A stretch of DNA of 64,000 nucleotides from Camelus dromedarius (lineage: Eukaryota): NCBI RefSeq assembly GCF_036321535.1, contig NC_087436.1, forward strand, positions 51,772,001 to 51,836,000, given 5' to 3'. Each line of letters begins with the position of its first letter. Position 1 is the first letter of the stretch. The position numbers were made by a program, and so were the translations under genes. Below the pieces are notes generated by a model. It did not search any database. It saw only the letters and a program-made list of their open reading frames with translations, and was not told the origin of the DNA. This document shows, piece by piece, positions 1 through 13,077 of the stretch.

Positions 1-59
1 CTAGAACTTGCTTACATTTATAGTGTCTTTTCCTTCTAAGTTTGCCACACCATACTTTA

Positions 60-445
60 GTACAGACACTCAAAACTACTTATAGTTCCCTCCAAGCACG
101 ATACCCACACAAGCCTCCCTGTTTTGTTCTTACAAGTCCCTTCTTCATCTAAATATAACTCATGTTTGAGGACTCAACTCATGCATAATTCTTCCAAGAA
201 GACTTCACAGATGTTCCCCTTCCCCTCCAGACTGGGACAGGCCTCCTTCCAATCTGCTCCATAGCGTCCTGTGATGGCTCTATCACAGTGCTGAACACCA
301 GCTACTGAATGTCTTTACTTGTTGGAATCCTCATCTATACTCTAAAATCTTTGAGAGTGGGCTACATTTTATCTTCACATGCCCATGCCTAACACTATAT
401 CTAACATATACTCACACTCAATGATTACTTATTGAACTGAATTAT
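60..445 (+). mobile_element. Degraded LINE-2 3' end
   Basis: Ends ...CTCAATGATTACTTATTGAACTGAATT, resembling the L2 3' terminus, after a pyrimidine-rich L2-like body. Boundaries approximate. Confidence 0.55.
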
Positions 446-635
446 AAACAGATTTTTTTTTAATTTGGAGTGAATGCATTTGCAAAGATAGGTCCTGGGG
501 CTCCCTTTTAAGATATTAAAACATAGTGTCACAGTTTTCCCCAGAAGAAATGCTGCTATAAAAAAAAGGAGAAAATTATATTTTTATGCCCATTCAACTC
601 TAGCCATTAACAAAATGTCTTTGGAAGGTTCACTA

Positions 636-686
636 GATGATGATGGTGGTGGTGGTGGTACTTGTGGTGGTGGTGGTGATGATGGT
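636..686. repeat. Imperfect (TGG/TGA)n microsatellite
   Basis: GATGATGATGGTGGTGGTGGTGG...GTGGTGGTGGTGGTGATGATGG seen directly. Confidence 0.85.
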
Positions 687-990
687 AACAACTAATATTG
701 ACTGAGGATGTATTATGTCCAGGCTAAGATTTTTTTTATTTGTTTGGGGGAGGTAATTAGGTTTGTTTGTTTGTTTTTTTAATGGAGGTGCTGGGGATTG
801 AACCCAGGACCTTCTGCATGCTTAGCATGCACTTTACCACTTGAGCTAGTCCTTCCCCCAAGGCTAAGCATTTTTTGTACATACCCGTTTTTCAGTCTCA
901 CAACAGTATAGGGAAGTACTCTTATTATCCCCATTTTACATGTGTGAAGCACAGAGAGATGAAGTCTTTGCCCCAACCACACAGCTATGA
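687..990 (-). mobile_element. MIR SINE, interrupted by a younger SINE at 729-860
   Basis: MIR core reverse complement TTATTATCCCCATTTTACA at ~922-940. MIR-like sequence lies on both sides of the insert. Confidence 0.75.
729..860 (-). mobile_element. tRNA-Ala-derived SINE (camelid vic-1 type), long-tail form
   Basis: Minus strand reads GGGGGAAGGACTAGCTCAAGTGGTAAAGTGCATGCTAAGCATGCAGAAGGTCCTGGGTTCAATCCCCAGCACCTCCA plus an A-rich tail containing CCTAATTACCTCCCC. TSD AGGCTAAG at 721-728 and 861-868. Confidence 0.9.
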
Positions 991-2419
991 CACCCACACA
1001 ATGTGCTCTGGACATTCACTGGAGCATTTTCCAAAAAAGCAACCACTGGAGATTACAGAGCTGAATACAAAGTGGCTCTTTAAATTGCATTTGGAATTTA
1101 GTGGGGAAATATTACTGGATATGTTGGTCATACCATCGAAAAGCCTTTTGCAGCTTATCAGTGTAGCATCTTTTACTTGTGAGTACACTGGGCATCCCTG
1201 AAGGTAGGAAACATATGTGGACCACTGTACCCACCCCCCCCGTGCCTATTGTGAACACACAGATTCTTGTGATATGTCTGTTGGCTAACTGCTTACTTAC
1301 AGACTCTCAGTGGGGGTCTCAACTACTTCATGCACAGCTCTCCTTACGGAAGTAGATGTATTACTTTTATTCACTGAAGAGTGCAGTGTGAGCACATTTT
1401 TCTCTTCCAATTTTTTACTTACTCTTTGGTCTTCATGCAAATCTTTTGGCATAGAGAACAGGCATCATTACTTGCTGTTCCATCTACCTCTTGCATTCTG
1501 GCTTGAACAGAATCATTTCTCTCAGAGGAGTGGATTTTTCCAATTAAGATCTGGACAAATTAGCACTATATTTCACATGAGCCACTAAAACTGTATTATG
1601 CTTAGCTGCATCAGGCCACTTTGGTCCTGGATGAATTTCATAATGCTGCAAAATATTGCCTCTTCCTCCTAATTTTCTAACCAAGTAGTCTCCATCCTGT
1701 TGAGTTTACATCTATTACAAATCTTTGAAATAGTGTTCACAACTTACCTAGGTCTCAGAAATCTTTGAAAACACTGAAAAAAAAATGAGAGGGTAATTTT
1801 TTTTTAACGACTTTCCTTAATGAAGCAGATTCTAATTTTATTCTCAGCTGTATAACATCTGAAAAACCCTCCTTTCTAGCCTCATTCACCCAGTGGCTAA
1901 CATTATACCTAATTGCCAGTGCTAAAGAATATGCAAATCCCTGTGGATTCTGCGATGGTCCCAAGTAAATAGTATCAGTTTAATTTGTGTTACAGGAGAG
2001 TTCTGTGGTCTCCTTTTCTTGTTTTGTGTTCAAAAAGAAAATGCCTTTTGTATGTTGGATGCGTAATTTCTGATGTTTGCTTCCATTTGAGAACAAACAT
2101 AATGAGGCTACATTTGAACCAATTTTCATAAATAAGACGACCAAACTGTATTCATCATAAGCTGTAAAATCAGGCTAAGTAGAAGATGGCAAAATCTAGT
2201 CTTATCAATGATTGCATTTTCCTATCAGGATTCCTCTAAACTATGCAAAGTGAAACCTTTGTATTTTACACAGGGGCTTAGGGAAAAGTTAAGCTTAACT
2301 TCTGTTCCCTTCTTATATCAGTGAGACACTTCACAGATGATTAACCAGGACAAACTGCAAACCTTATTAAATAATTAGTATATAACACTACTAAGCTACT
2401 ATAATTAAATGTTTTTATT

Positions 2420-2790
2420 GTGTGATATTGGGCAGGTCAGCTAACCTCTCTGTGCTCTGGTTTTTCTCACCTATAAAATTAGATATTGAATTAGTCTATG
2501 AAAGTAACACTCCAGTGATTCTAGTTCGAACTCAAAAGCAAGATCTTTGGAATTTTAAAAGAAAACTTTCAAATGGTAAGTTTTTCTTTGGAGAATCAGT
2601 GTTGTATCATGGAAAGAACATAGATTTTGTCACTTAACAATACGAATTTGCTTTCCAAAACACAAATTTACTAGCTATTTGAACTTGATCACAGCTGTAA
2701 AATGAGAAATAAATGATTTATCCTGAGCAAATGTGGTAAGTTTTAAAAACAACATGTAGAAACTGCTAGTATATACTGGATGGTCAATAA
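2420..2790 (+). mobile_element. Two MIR fragments (~2420-2480 and ~2600-2790)
   Basis: GTGTGATATTGGGCAGGTCAGCTAACCTCTCTGTGCTC and CTGTAAAATGAGAAATAA are MIR-core-like. Confidence 0.5.
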
Positions 2791-3589
2791 CTGTGGTAGC
2801 TATTTGGGGTGTAACAGGGTGCTCTTCCCCATCAGCCCGACATTCTGTCACATCTTCACCTGTGGTAACAAAGAGTGTTTTTGCCTAAGATTTCATAAAT
2901 CCTGTCAGATGAGAAGTGATGGTTCCTAATAAAAGAAGTGTACGTTACTGCTCTAGAAGTCACTCCTGAGGATTCCAAATCGTCCAAGCAAACTCTCACT
3001 AAGCATGAGTAACCATACACGAGGAGTTAAAGATAAGTCAGGATACCAGTCTTCTGAACGTTACCTCCCAGGGTCAGCTTGAACCCATTGACTCGGATCA
3101 CTTAAATAAGATCCAAAAAGCAGACAAATAAAATGGAAAGCATAGAGAAGCCCAACAAAAGTAAAGAACCTCTCAAACCTCATCTGAAGCTATATCTGTT
3201 GGATTAATATATGAGCTGCTAGTAATTATTAAAATAAAACTGTACACCACCCTCATGAATCCAAGTATCTTTATAATTTGCTACTAATAAGATTTTGTTT
3301 CTTCTTTAATGGATGAACCTACAGACCTTCCTAGCAAGGCACAGTGACCCATCATATAGAGGAGGGAAGAAAAGAAAGGTCTTATTTGTGATCTCCTTAG
3401 TTTATGCACTGAAACCGAGGATCTGAGGAAAAGCCAGGCACCTCTCACACAGAGAAAAATGGTAAATGACTTATAATTCTCCATAAGTTTGCTCTACATG
3501 TTGTTGTAATTTACTTTTATTTACTCATCCACTGCGAGGCCTTTAATTCTAAATAGCCAACTTGGCAAAATCACTTAGGGGCTTAGCAG

Positions 3590-5467
3590 GCAACCCAGAC
3601 TCACCTTGGCCAAAAGAGAAATACTGATTTTTCGTCTCCACGACCAAACCTGCCTGAGCATGAGTTCTCCTCACCTCACTGAGCAAGGAGAAAAAAATCC
3701 CTAATTATCTCTTCTTGCTTTCTTTGTCTCACACTATACAACAGTCCAACCATGTCCATTCAACTTCTAAAATGTCCCCTGAATCTTGTACCTCTCTCCT
3801 TCTACACTATTTCCAAAATAATTCAAACCACCACACACTCGAGTTCATCTTCCACATGAGAGTGATACTTTAAAAATGTAAATCAGATCATGCTGCTCTT
3901 AGTTTATAACATTTCAATAGCTTCCTGTCAAAATTAGAATAAAGATCAGACTTCTCAGCATGGCCTTCAAAGTTCTATGTCATCTGTTCGTTCCTTCCTT
4001 CCTCCCTGACCTCATCTCCATTCTCCTCCCCACCCCCTAACCAAGCTTCAAATGCCTTCTTTCTCATTCCAAAAAGTGCCAGATTATTTCTGCTTTAAGG
4101 CCCTTACAGCTAATTCTTGCTCTGCCTAGAGAGCCAGCTTCATGCAGTCACACAGAGCCCTGGTATCCACAAGGGCCCCACACTTCGTTTTAGGCTCTGC
4201 TGTTGCCAATTCAATTTTTTTTTAGTAATTTCATCTTTTAACTTGTGTTTTATAAGTGAAATCCACTGGAACAATGGAGCACGTGGGTGAGCAGAGAAAA
4301 TACATGCAACATTTCCATCATTCATTACCACCTCATCTGCATATGGTGTTTGCAATGCCCCATGAGCAAAGAATTCTGGTGGACCCGCAATGCGTAGGAG
4401 CTTATCATGACTCAGAGTGAGTATAAAGTGAGCATCTACATCCAGAACTGAGTACGCAGGTGCACTGGCAGCACTGAGAGGCCACATCTTCTACTGAGAA
4501 CCAGAACTCGCTTCAAGTATAGAAAGGAAGCAATGGTGTTCTAAGAAACCTGAATGATCAAAGGGCCCCAACATACCTTTCTTGTTCACGTAACTTCCCA
4601 GTATTAGTTAACCACCTACACTGAAAATGATGATATAGAAAGAGAAAGGGCAACCAGAGTTCATTCTCTCATTCTCATTTAGTCCTTCCTTACTCGTAAG
4701 TAAGCTCAAGGTAGAGAGTGTTGACAGAATGTGTGCCTATGGAGAAATGAAATGAAAAAAGTTGAATCAACTCTTTACAATGTTTCTGGCAAGAACGAAA
4801 TAAATATGTATGTACAAGCTATGAAATTTAAGTGTGTGATTTCGGTGTTGCCACCTATGAGTTAAATGCTCTTATTTTTGCATTTAAAACTAGCACTGCA
4901 CAATATAAAGATGAATGGTAATGTTCATGCTAATAATTTGAAATTTTAGTTTTCCTTGCTTAAAATAACATTTATAATATTAACATAATAGAAAACACCA
5001 GGACAAGTAGAGACAAAGATCATAGAAGAAATGAGAAAGTTTTACATTTTAGTACCTTTTCATGGTACTTTTTTTCTGCTTTTAGAACAAAGGACCCCAC
5101 ATTTTCTTTTTGCACTAGACTTGCAAATTCTGTAGTTAGCTCTGCCTGCATGGAATGTTCTTCCCATCCCCACCTTCACAAAACTGACTCCTTTGTGTAA
5201 TTCATGTTTCTGGTAAAACATCAGCTTCTTTGAGAAGCCACCCCTCACCCACTAATCTAAGTTAGGTACCCAGCAAACCATCCAATCTATGTACTCTGTA
5301 TATAACTCATGTATGAATGTTTGTCTATACATTTCTGTCTGTCCACATCCTCCCTCTGTAGGAGCAGAACTTTGACTTTTCTGTTCCCAGTTTACCTTGA
5401 GAACTGAGAACAGTGACAGACATTTAATAGGCATTCAATAAATATTTGTGGAATAAGTGAATGAATC
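3590..5467 (+). mobile_element. LINE-2 3' region split by a DNA transposon (4129-5144)
   Basis: L2 hallmarks AAAATGTAAATCAGATCATG and TAGAATAAAGATCAGACTTCT. The L2 resumes at 5145 and ends in GGCATTCAATAAATATTTGTGGAATAAGTGAATGAAT. Confidence 0.8.
4129..5144 (+). mobile_element. MER45B-like hAT-Tip100 non-autonomous DNA transposon, near full length (~1.02 kb)
   Basis: 5' end GAGAGCCAGCTTCATGCAGTCACACAGAGCCC...AAGGGCCCCACACTT and 3' end GAACAAAGGACCCCACATTTTCTTTTTGCACTAG...TGTAGTTAGCTCTG match recalled MER45 termini. L2 is continuous across it. Confidence 0.75.
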
Positions 5468-7833
5468 TAATCATTCCTACCTTATCCAACTTTAAATAAA
5501 CTTTTTTAAAAATTACAGTATAATTTTTTTTAAATTTCACTATTATAAAAAGTTAGAAGGGAAGAAAATCAATCAATTCTGAGCCATAGAGAACTACAGA
5601 AAGTTAGAGACATCCAATTTTCAGCATATTCCATACAATATGGTTATAAAATTAAGTGTTTCAATAACACTTTTATGCTGTCAGTCTACTGCATACTTTA
5701 AAAGAAGCTTTCATTTCCAAATAATCTCTTATTTAAATGCTCCGTATAAATGACTAGCTGTAAGTCAGGAAACTAATAGGTCATGCTTCTTTTTAGATTT
5801 TATTTCTAAATAATTTCTTCATAAAACATCTAGAAAAGGGAAAGCTGGTGGGCTTCATCTTATATGTAATGCTGCAGGATAGGAGATAGTTGCCTGAAAA
5901 ATTATATCAAAAAGAATAACAATCCTTTGCCTTGCTCTCTGGAATAGACTGCCCTGGCTGATGAACTATGCCTTGATAGTTATGGAAATGGGGAATGGGA
6001 GCATGAAAGCTCTGTATCTGCCATCTTCATCCCGAGACACTCACTGAAACAGGCATGGTATAAAGCTAAAAGGGTTTCAGCTTTTCTGGCCTAGAATACG
6101 AGAGTACATTTTTTGTGCTACCAAGGCAACAAGTTTGCCTTAGGCAACACCAAAAATAACTGTAAATGATAACAAGAGATCAAAATTCCGCAGAACATGA
6201 AACTACGTCACCCTGTGATTTGTTATGAAATAGAATTCCTGTTGAGCCAAAAAATACAGCTACACCTAATCACAGTTAATACAAAAAAATTTTTCATCTT
6301 TAATAAGATGGGATATAACTTTCTGGAGGGAGATATTAAGTTGATATATTTGATATATTTGGAAAACATAGGTAAGAAGTAAATATAAATATACTCTATG
6401 TTATAAAAAGAATCTGATTGCCTTTGTATAAAGGATTAGAATGTAATCTAGTAAAAGTCTTTGCAAAATATTTCTGGCTGTCAGGACTTATAACGAATTC
6501 TTTGCTTTTTCTAACTGTACTGTCTATATCAAAGATAGAATAAAATGTTTTTTCATTTTCCTATTCATCACTAGTGCTCCATGACAACTGTTTGGAGTTG
6601 ATCACATAGTTATGTATATTTCAGGCAATCCAAGGAGATATTTATGATATAATAATATATTCCTAGTAAGTATATAAAATGCCATAGGTAACTCTATAAA
6701 AGGAGGATATACTGATAGTGTGAAAGGCACCTTTCCCTTCTCTAATTTTTACAAAAGTTGTCATGTTGGCGATGGGTGCCATAGTTAAGTTTGATCAATT
6801 TTAGTTATAAAGTAGAACACTCAACTATCCTTGAAAAACAAACCCAAGGTATTTCATGTCTTCTTGAAGTTAGCAAACCAAGAAAATGGTCCCCTTCCCC
6901 AAATCTAAAGAAGATATTGACTTATTTGAAAGCAGTAAACATTCAATATCATCATCATAAGAAATGTTCACAATCACGTAGGACAGAATTCTATCTCTTG
7001 GAATCATCTCAAGAAAGAAACTATAATCCATTAATACACAGTTAATCACAGATTTAACTTGCTTATTGACAGAGACAGCATTTGTTGTCTCAGCATGGCA
7101 GTAACTTAGCTAATTTTGGTTATTTTTCTCATAATAATGCATAAAATTTTAAGATAGTTTAAAGGAAAAACTTGGAGTAAAAATTGCCCAACATGGAAGA
7201 GTAATTTTCTAATAGAATTTCAAGTATCAAATAAAAGAGGATGTTATTCAGCAAGTGCCTATCTTAGCACTCCTCCTGCTCTAAAATTTCTAAAATGCTA
7301 GTATGAGATATATGTATGTGGGAGAAACAGAGAGAGAGACATCCAATATTGCATGTTCTGTGCATAACTGTTTTAAAGGATCTTATTAAATGTACTCTAA
7401 GTATCAGGGTCATGTACATTGCCACATAATGCACAACGAAAAAGGTACATAAAAACAATGCAACCAAGTATTCAAGGGTCATACCAACTAAAACCCCAAA
7501 TAAACCGTGAGTGAAAAAAAAAAGACAAGTATAGGAAAATGAGAGAAGAAGAAAAAGGAGGAGGAGGAGGTAGAAGAGAGGAATGACGAAAGAAGAAGAG
7601 AGGGGAGAAGAGGGAGAAATACAGAATGATGGATGGGGCTAGTCACCACTGAGCACTTGTCTTCATCTCAGTGATGCTGACCAGTGCTGACCACTTGGAG
7701 GGAATGAGGTCAGCTTCCTCAGAAGTGTGTCACACAAAGCAGAAACACTAAGCCTTTTCAATGTCTCCTTTTCTCTATATACAACAAGCCATTCCATCTC
7801 TACACTGAAAAATTAATCTCTTCTATGACCTCT

Positions 7834-7835
<2 letters not shown>

Positions 7836-7884
<49 letters not shown>
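7836..7884. repeat. (ATT)~16 microsatellite
   Basis: Perfect ATT run seen directly. Confidence 0.95.
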
Positions 7885-7886
<2 letters not shown>

Positions 7887-8606
7887 GTCATACAAAAACT
7901 TGTTTTGGTTTCTTCCGTTTAAAGTCAAAACTGAGAAGCAAATTGGACAAGATTAAGGGGAAATTTTTTTAAGGCAGAGCTTCAAGAAGACTTAGGTAGG
8001 AGAACTGAGCAGGCAATAAATTTGTGCACATTACCCATGAGGTGTAGAAAGAATTTTTAGAGCCCCAAAGATTCTATTCATTCACATAATGTTCAACAAA
8101 GAAATGAGTGATTGTTTTATATTCATCATGATGTAGAAAACTTTATAAATTATAGAAAAATGAAATTGTAGGTGATTTTATGTTCATCTTAAGTTCGAGG
8201 CCATGTCTTCACAAATAACGCTAAACTGAGGAATGAGATTTGAGCATCCTGGGAGATGGACTTAATTGATATAGAAGAAGACATAAGCAGGGAGACAAAG
8301 GAGATCAATAAAGTTATCAGGGGAACATCCTATGTCCTAGGTGACCACTACCAAAGTCACAAATAGACTATGGCCAGTAAAATTAGAGGAGGGAGTCATC
8401 CCATACAGAGAAGGCTATAAAAGTTAATGGAGTGAATTCTGAAAAATGGCTAGCAAAATCCCCACATGCAAACATAACTGGCATTAGATCAGCTACTTTA
8501 TTTTATCCAACATCTTCTTTAGTGGTAGAGCTGGGACTAGAGCATAGACATCCAGCCAAGACCTTCAACTGCCTCATATTTCAGTGCCTAAATTTGATGT
8601 TTGGAG

Positions 8607-8956
8607 TTTTTTCTTTTTTCTCAACCTTATTAAGATATAATTGACAAATAAAAATTGTATATTTTTAAGGTATATGACTTGGTGTTTTGATTATATATAT
8701 ATATAGTGAAATAATGGCCACAATAAAGCTAATCAACACATCTATCACTACAGGCAGTGAACTGGAGAGATGACAGGCCAGGGGCACAAAGTTTCAGTTA
8801 TGCAAGATGAGTAAGTTCTAGTGATCCAATGTACAGCAATGTTAACATAACGAAAAATAGTTAACAGTATTGTATTGCATACCTGAAGTTTCCCAAGAGT
8901 AGATCCTAAACACACAGACACACAGACACAGAGACACACACACACACACACAAAAC
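8607..8956 (-). mobile_element. L1MA-type 3' end with inverted 5' part (twin priming)
   Basis: 8607-8748 is the L1 extreme 3' end plus poly(A) on the minus strand. ~8755-8956 is the immediately upstream L1 3' UTR segment on the plus strand. Confidence 0.75.
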
Positions 8957-9109
8957 AAGGTTTGTTTTAATGATAGAGAGGTTAAGTGATCTGTCCAAGA
9001 GTTATAGCCAACTGTGGAAAAGCCAGGGTTAACACTCAGAACTTTTGGTTCTGGTCCAGGTGGCTTCTTTTAAGCAGTTTTGAAATTGGTGTTTTCCAAC
9101 CAGGGGACT

Positions 9110-9653
9110 GACCAAGATGACCTCAAAGTTCCCCCTAGCCTGACTAAACTTTGGATAGGCTTATTCTTGATGATAGGCCTTTGATCTCACTTCCTTAGAT
9201 GATTTACTTTAGAAAATCTGTAGCTGAAAATTCTTTCTCTGCCCCTTTGAAATGTATATAAATTTTCACCCAGTCTCTTGCCAGTTTTACAACCCAGGAA
9301 TGTCTTTCTCCAGGACCTACAGCCATCTCTTTGAAATATAATCATCAGGGAAGACAGCACCCCATCTCCCAGTCTCTGTGGGAGGGCAGGAGCCTCTTGT
9401 GACACTCATTAGCAAGTACAGATGGCCCAATCATAAAGAAAAACTCTTGCAAACTCAGGAATCATTCAAAGTGCTCAGCACATACCGTATCAGCCTCTCC
9501 GAACATCATCAGTACTTTTCTATACCCCAACTCCTAAAATCCCTCCTGCCTTTTGTTTCAGCAGACTGGAGTTCAGTATCTTCCCTTTTGCAATAAGCTT
9601 GAATAAAGTCTTAACTTGTCTGTTTAATTTTGTCCTGCGTAATTTTTCTTTGA
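9110..9653 (+). mobile_element. ERV1 solo LTR, MER67-like
   Basis: TTTACTTTAGAAAA...TTCTTTCTCTGCCCCTTTGA...ACAACCCAGGAATGTCTTTCTC...CCCAGTCTCTGTGGGAGGG match recalled MER67-group motifs. AATAAA at 9602. Confidence 0.6.
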
Positions 9654-11239
9654 AGGTCCAAATTTCCCTGGACAACCATGAGGGCTCTTCAAATCCAAAT
9701 AATTGGCAAATATTTTATGTCAGGTAAATAAAAGTACTTGAATTAAATATGTATGTATCATTAATAATAATATATAAATATATTACTAAATGTACATATA
9801 ATATATCTTTGTATTTTCTCAATAAATGGAGCAATTTTGTGGAAATCTTTGAAATTAGGAGATGTTAAAAATGGATCTTCTCACATAGTTATTATTTTCA
9901 GATTATTTTTAAGTGTCTATTCAGCATAAAGATATGGAATCACAGAATTTTAAGTACAGAACTGTGTCACAGATACACGGCTACCTGAACTGCTCTGCTA
10001 CTGAATTTAAATGACCACAGTGGGAAACATGAATTCTCAGTGACCCCAGAAAAACTTTTTCTCTAGCAACAGAAAAAGAGCTGAATAGACAATATCTTAT
10101 TCTACTTCCCTTTTTAGTTTATACCATTGTTTCTGGAGAATATGCTAAGTCTAAAAAAAAAAAAGTGCATCAGGCAAAGAGAATATGGTCCCATATAGAA
10201 AACCATTTGCTGATATTTTCCAGCATTGCTTTCAGATTCCCCCTTCTCTGGAAAAGCTCACTCTAAGGGGTTACTTGATGGAGTGAGAGATCTGCCACCT
10301 GCCTTCCTCAGCTCACGTCTCTCCCATCACTATCTCCTTTGGGCTTATTTTCTTTCAAAATAACTCATTATGGGTTGACATAGTGTAGGAACTTGCTTTT
10401 TTCTAAAATCTATTCTATTTCTCTACAGAATCTAAGACATTGAGAAGAGAAAAAGCAAAACAGCTGAATCTTGAAATAACAAGGGATGAAAACAGAAGAG
10501 CGTGGGATTCCCCCCAAATCTGTTTTTGCTCTTGGTGTCGTCAACTGCCTCAAAGAAGGAATCAAGCCTCATGGCTTCTTGCGCCCACCCATGTTTTCCT
10601 CTAACTTCTCCTTTGCCACAGATTTTCATTGTCATCACCCAGAACTAGAGTAGCACCTCTGAAACCTCAATGGCAAGTCAATACTGGTTGTCATCTTCTA
10701 TTTACCTGCTTACTATCAAATCCCAAGTGCTGTAACACGTTGTGTTGATTCCTCTTATTCCTTGATTCCACAATTGTTTCCCCTGTGTATCTCATCCAGT
10801 TCTGTGGCTTGACATTCTATCTACTTGCTGATGGCTCCCAAATTTCTACCTTAGTGTGTGTTGGTGTCTACTTTTAAGATTCTTAGACACCCCTTTTTTC
10901 CAGATAAGAGAATATATTAGGCACTGGCTTAGCCATTCCCTTTAGCAAAGGGTTGCATAGCCACATCCACAATTTGCTTTATCCACAGGCCTCATTTGAT
11001 TGAGAATTTTTTAGCAGCTGGGAGACTGGGGATGAGAGGTGGTTTATATTTCAACCCAGCAAGTCCTGGGTCTTCCCCATTTCCCATCATTTCTGCCTAC
11101 AAACTGATCAGTCTCCTCCAGCTTGTATCTTTCTTCCTGTAGCTTGTCACACATTAGTAAGAGAAGTAGCCTGGCCCATTCAACATTCTGTCTCTTTGGC
11201 TTTGGAAAAGGACATAGCATTGGTTGAACTGAAACTATC

Positions 11240-11790
11240 ATTCTGTCCCTTCCTTCTAATGTGACTTTGGTCAAGCAACTTTACTGCACTATTTCTCAGT
11301 TTTGTTATTTGTCAAATAAAAACGATAATATATACTTCTTTAAATAAAGCAATATGTAAAGCATTATTACTACATTAAGTATCTAATATCATCATTGGAG
11401 CATCTATTAAGACAATGGGAGAGGAAACTTAATCCCAAACAGGAAAGGCTTTATTATAAAGGTGGGAATGACCTATCCAGAAAGAAATGAAAGAGTAGAC
11501 AGGATTTAGAGAGATAGAGAAGAGGAGACAGGGCTGGGCCATATAAGAGTGAAAACAGTCAACATTTACTGAACACTAGTTTTTTTGCCAATTGTTCTAT
11601 GTGTATCACCTCACTTAAATCTTCACCCTCACACTACGAGGTAGTTATCATTATCCCCATTTCCAGTGAACAGTCTGGTTGGCACAGTTTTCTCAAGAAC
11701 CCAGACAGGAACCTGCTCAAGTGGGCTCAACAATCCAAGTGTATCTCATTCTTTGAAAGAGGCAGCGGTCATTCCATTCTGCTGTGCTAC
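11240..11790. mobile_element. Two MIR fragments (~11240-11390 on +, ~11555-11790 on -)
   Basis: GTGACTTTGGTCAAGCAACTT...CTCAGTTTT, and GTAGTTATCATTATCCCCATTT. Confidence 0.55.
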
Positions 11791-11949
11791 ACGCTGACTG
11801 AAGTCCAATTAGAAAGCTACAGTAATGAAAGCTAAAGTTGAAAATACAGGCTAAGGTCAGCCTGGCAAGCTGGGTTTTTATCTGCAATGGCAGCCCTCAA
11901 GTCTCCACAGACAGACCATCTGTTCTCTCTCAATTCTGCCTAGTTCAAC

Positions 11950-12540
11950 AGATGTTCATTGAGTGCTCACCATACCAGGCACTTCCTTAGGACACTGAAT
12001 GGAAAAGTTTACAGTGCGGCGAGGGAGAGGACACATCCAGAGATATGCGTTAAAGCTGATGCTCTTGGAGTGATATGCAATGATACGCAACGGTCCAGGT
12101 GAGAGATTCTGAGGGAGAGTAAGGTACTGGTGGTAGAGATGAAAGGGGGAAATCAAACTGAGAAACATTTACGAGGTCTTAGGTAATTGGATATTTGGGA
12201 GAGAGAAAAAATATTAAAAAATTAAATTGAAGTGTTTTTTTTTTTTACCTTAGGGTTCCTAAATTTATGCTGTTCCCCCAAAGCAATAGGAAATACAGGC
12301 TGTTTGGGGTTTGAATTTATTTCTGGACAATGTCAGATACATGTACAGACACATTCAGGTGGAGAAGTGTAGCAAGCAGGTCCGAAATGAGATCGAGGCT
12401 GGATGCACATCTTGGGAGTTTTCAGCCTATAAAATGACAGCTCAACCCACACCCCCCAAAGCTCTGACATAATCACACAACCTCTGTGCTTAGTGGAAGG
12501 GAGGTACAAGAAGTTGTGGTGATTCATGGGGTGGTTGACT
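11950..12540 (-). mobile_element. Degraded LINE-2
   Basis: TTCATTGAGTGCTCACCATACCAGGCACT and the CAGGTGGAGAAGTGTAGCAAGCAG...GGCTGGA blocks are typical of antisense L2. Confidence 0.6.
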
Positions 12541-12977
12541 TCCTGCTTGTTTCAGGCAAAGCCAAAGTTCCATATTTAGCTAAATTATTCTTGCTATTGG
12601 CATTTACATTTTTAATTACATAATTCCCAGATCAATAATCATACACTTAAAATTTAAGGTTCTCTTGATGGTGACAAAATTGAAAAGATGATCCTGGATA
12701 TTTTCTAATTTAGGACCAACAGCTTTTTAAGATACTTAACCAGCACTATTTGAGTATTAATTATGGAAAAGATAATAGCAAATTTAACACTGGTTTTTGT
12801 TCTTGTCATTATGATAGACACTTTCCTACAATATTTTTAATCCTCTCCCTAAAACTTTCAAGGAGTGTATCATTGTCAAAACTTTTTTTAAACAGGAAAA
12901 CTGAGGTCTAGGGACATTATTTAACTTTCTAAAAGTTACAATGTTTGGGGAAAATGCTTTAAAATACTATTGGTAAA

Positions 12978-13077
12978 GGGCGAGGAGGTATAGCTCAGTG
13001 GTAGAGTGCTTGCTTAGAATGCATGCAAGAGGTCCTGGGCTCAACCCCCAGGACCTCTATTAAAAAAACAGAAAATT
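12978..13077 (+). mobile_element. tRNA-Ala-derived SINE (vic-1 type), short-tail form
   Basis: A box TAGCTCAGTGG, degenerate B box GGCTCAACCC. 17-bp TSD AAAATACT(A/G)TTGGTAAA at 12961-12977 and 13078-13094, at a TT/AAAA L1-endonuclease site. Confidence 0.92.

Noticed and set aside
4140..4487. 115-aa ORF as a possible transposase
   Set aside because: Inside a ~1-kb non-autonomous MER45B-like element, with no hAT transposase motifs visible.
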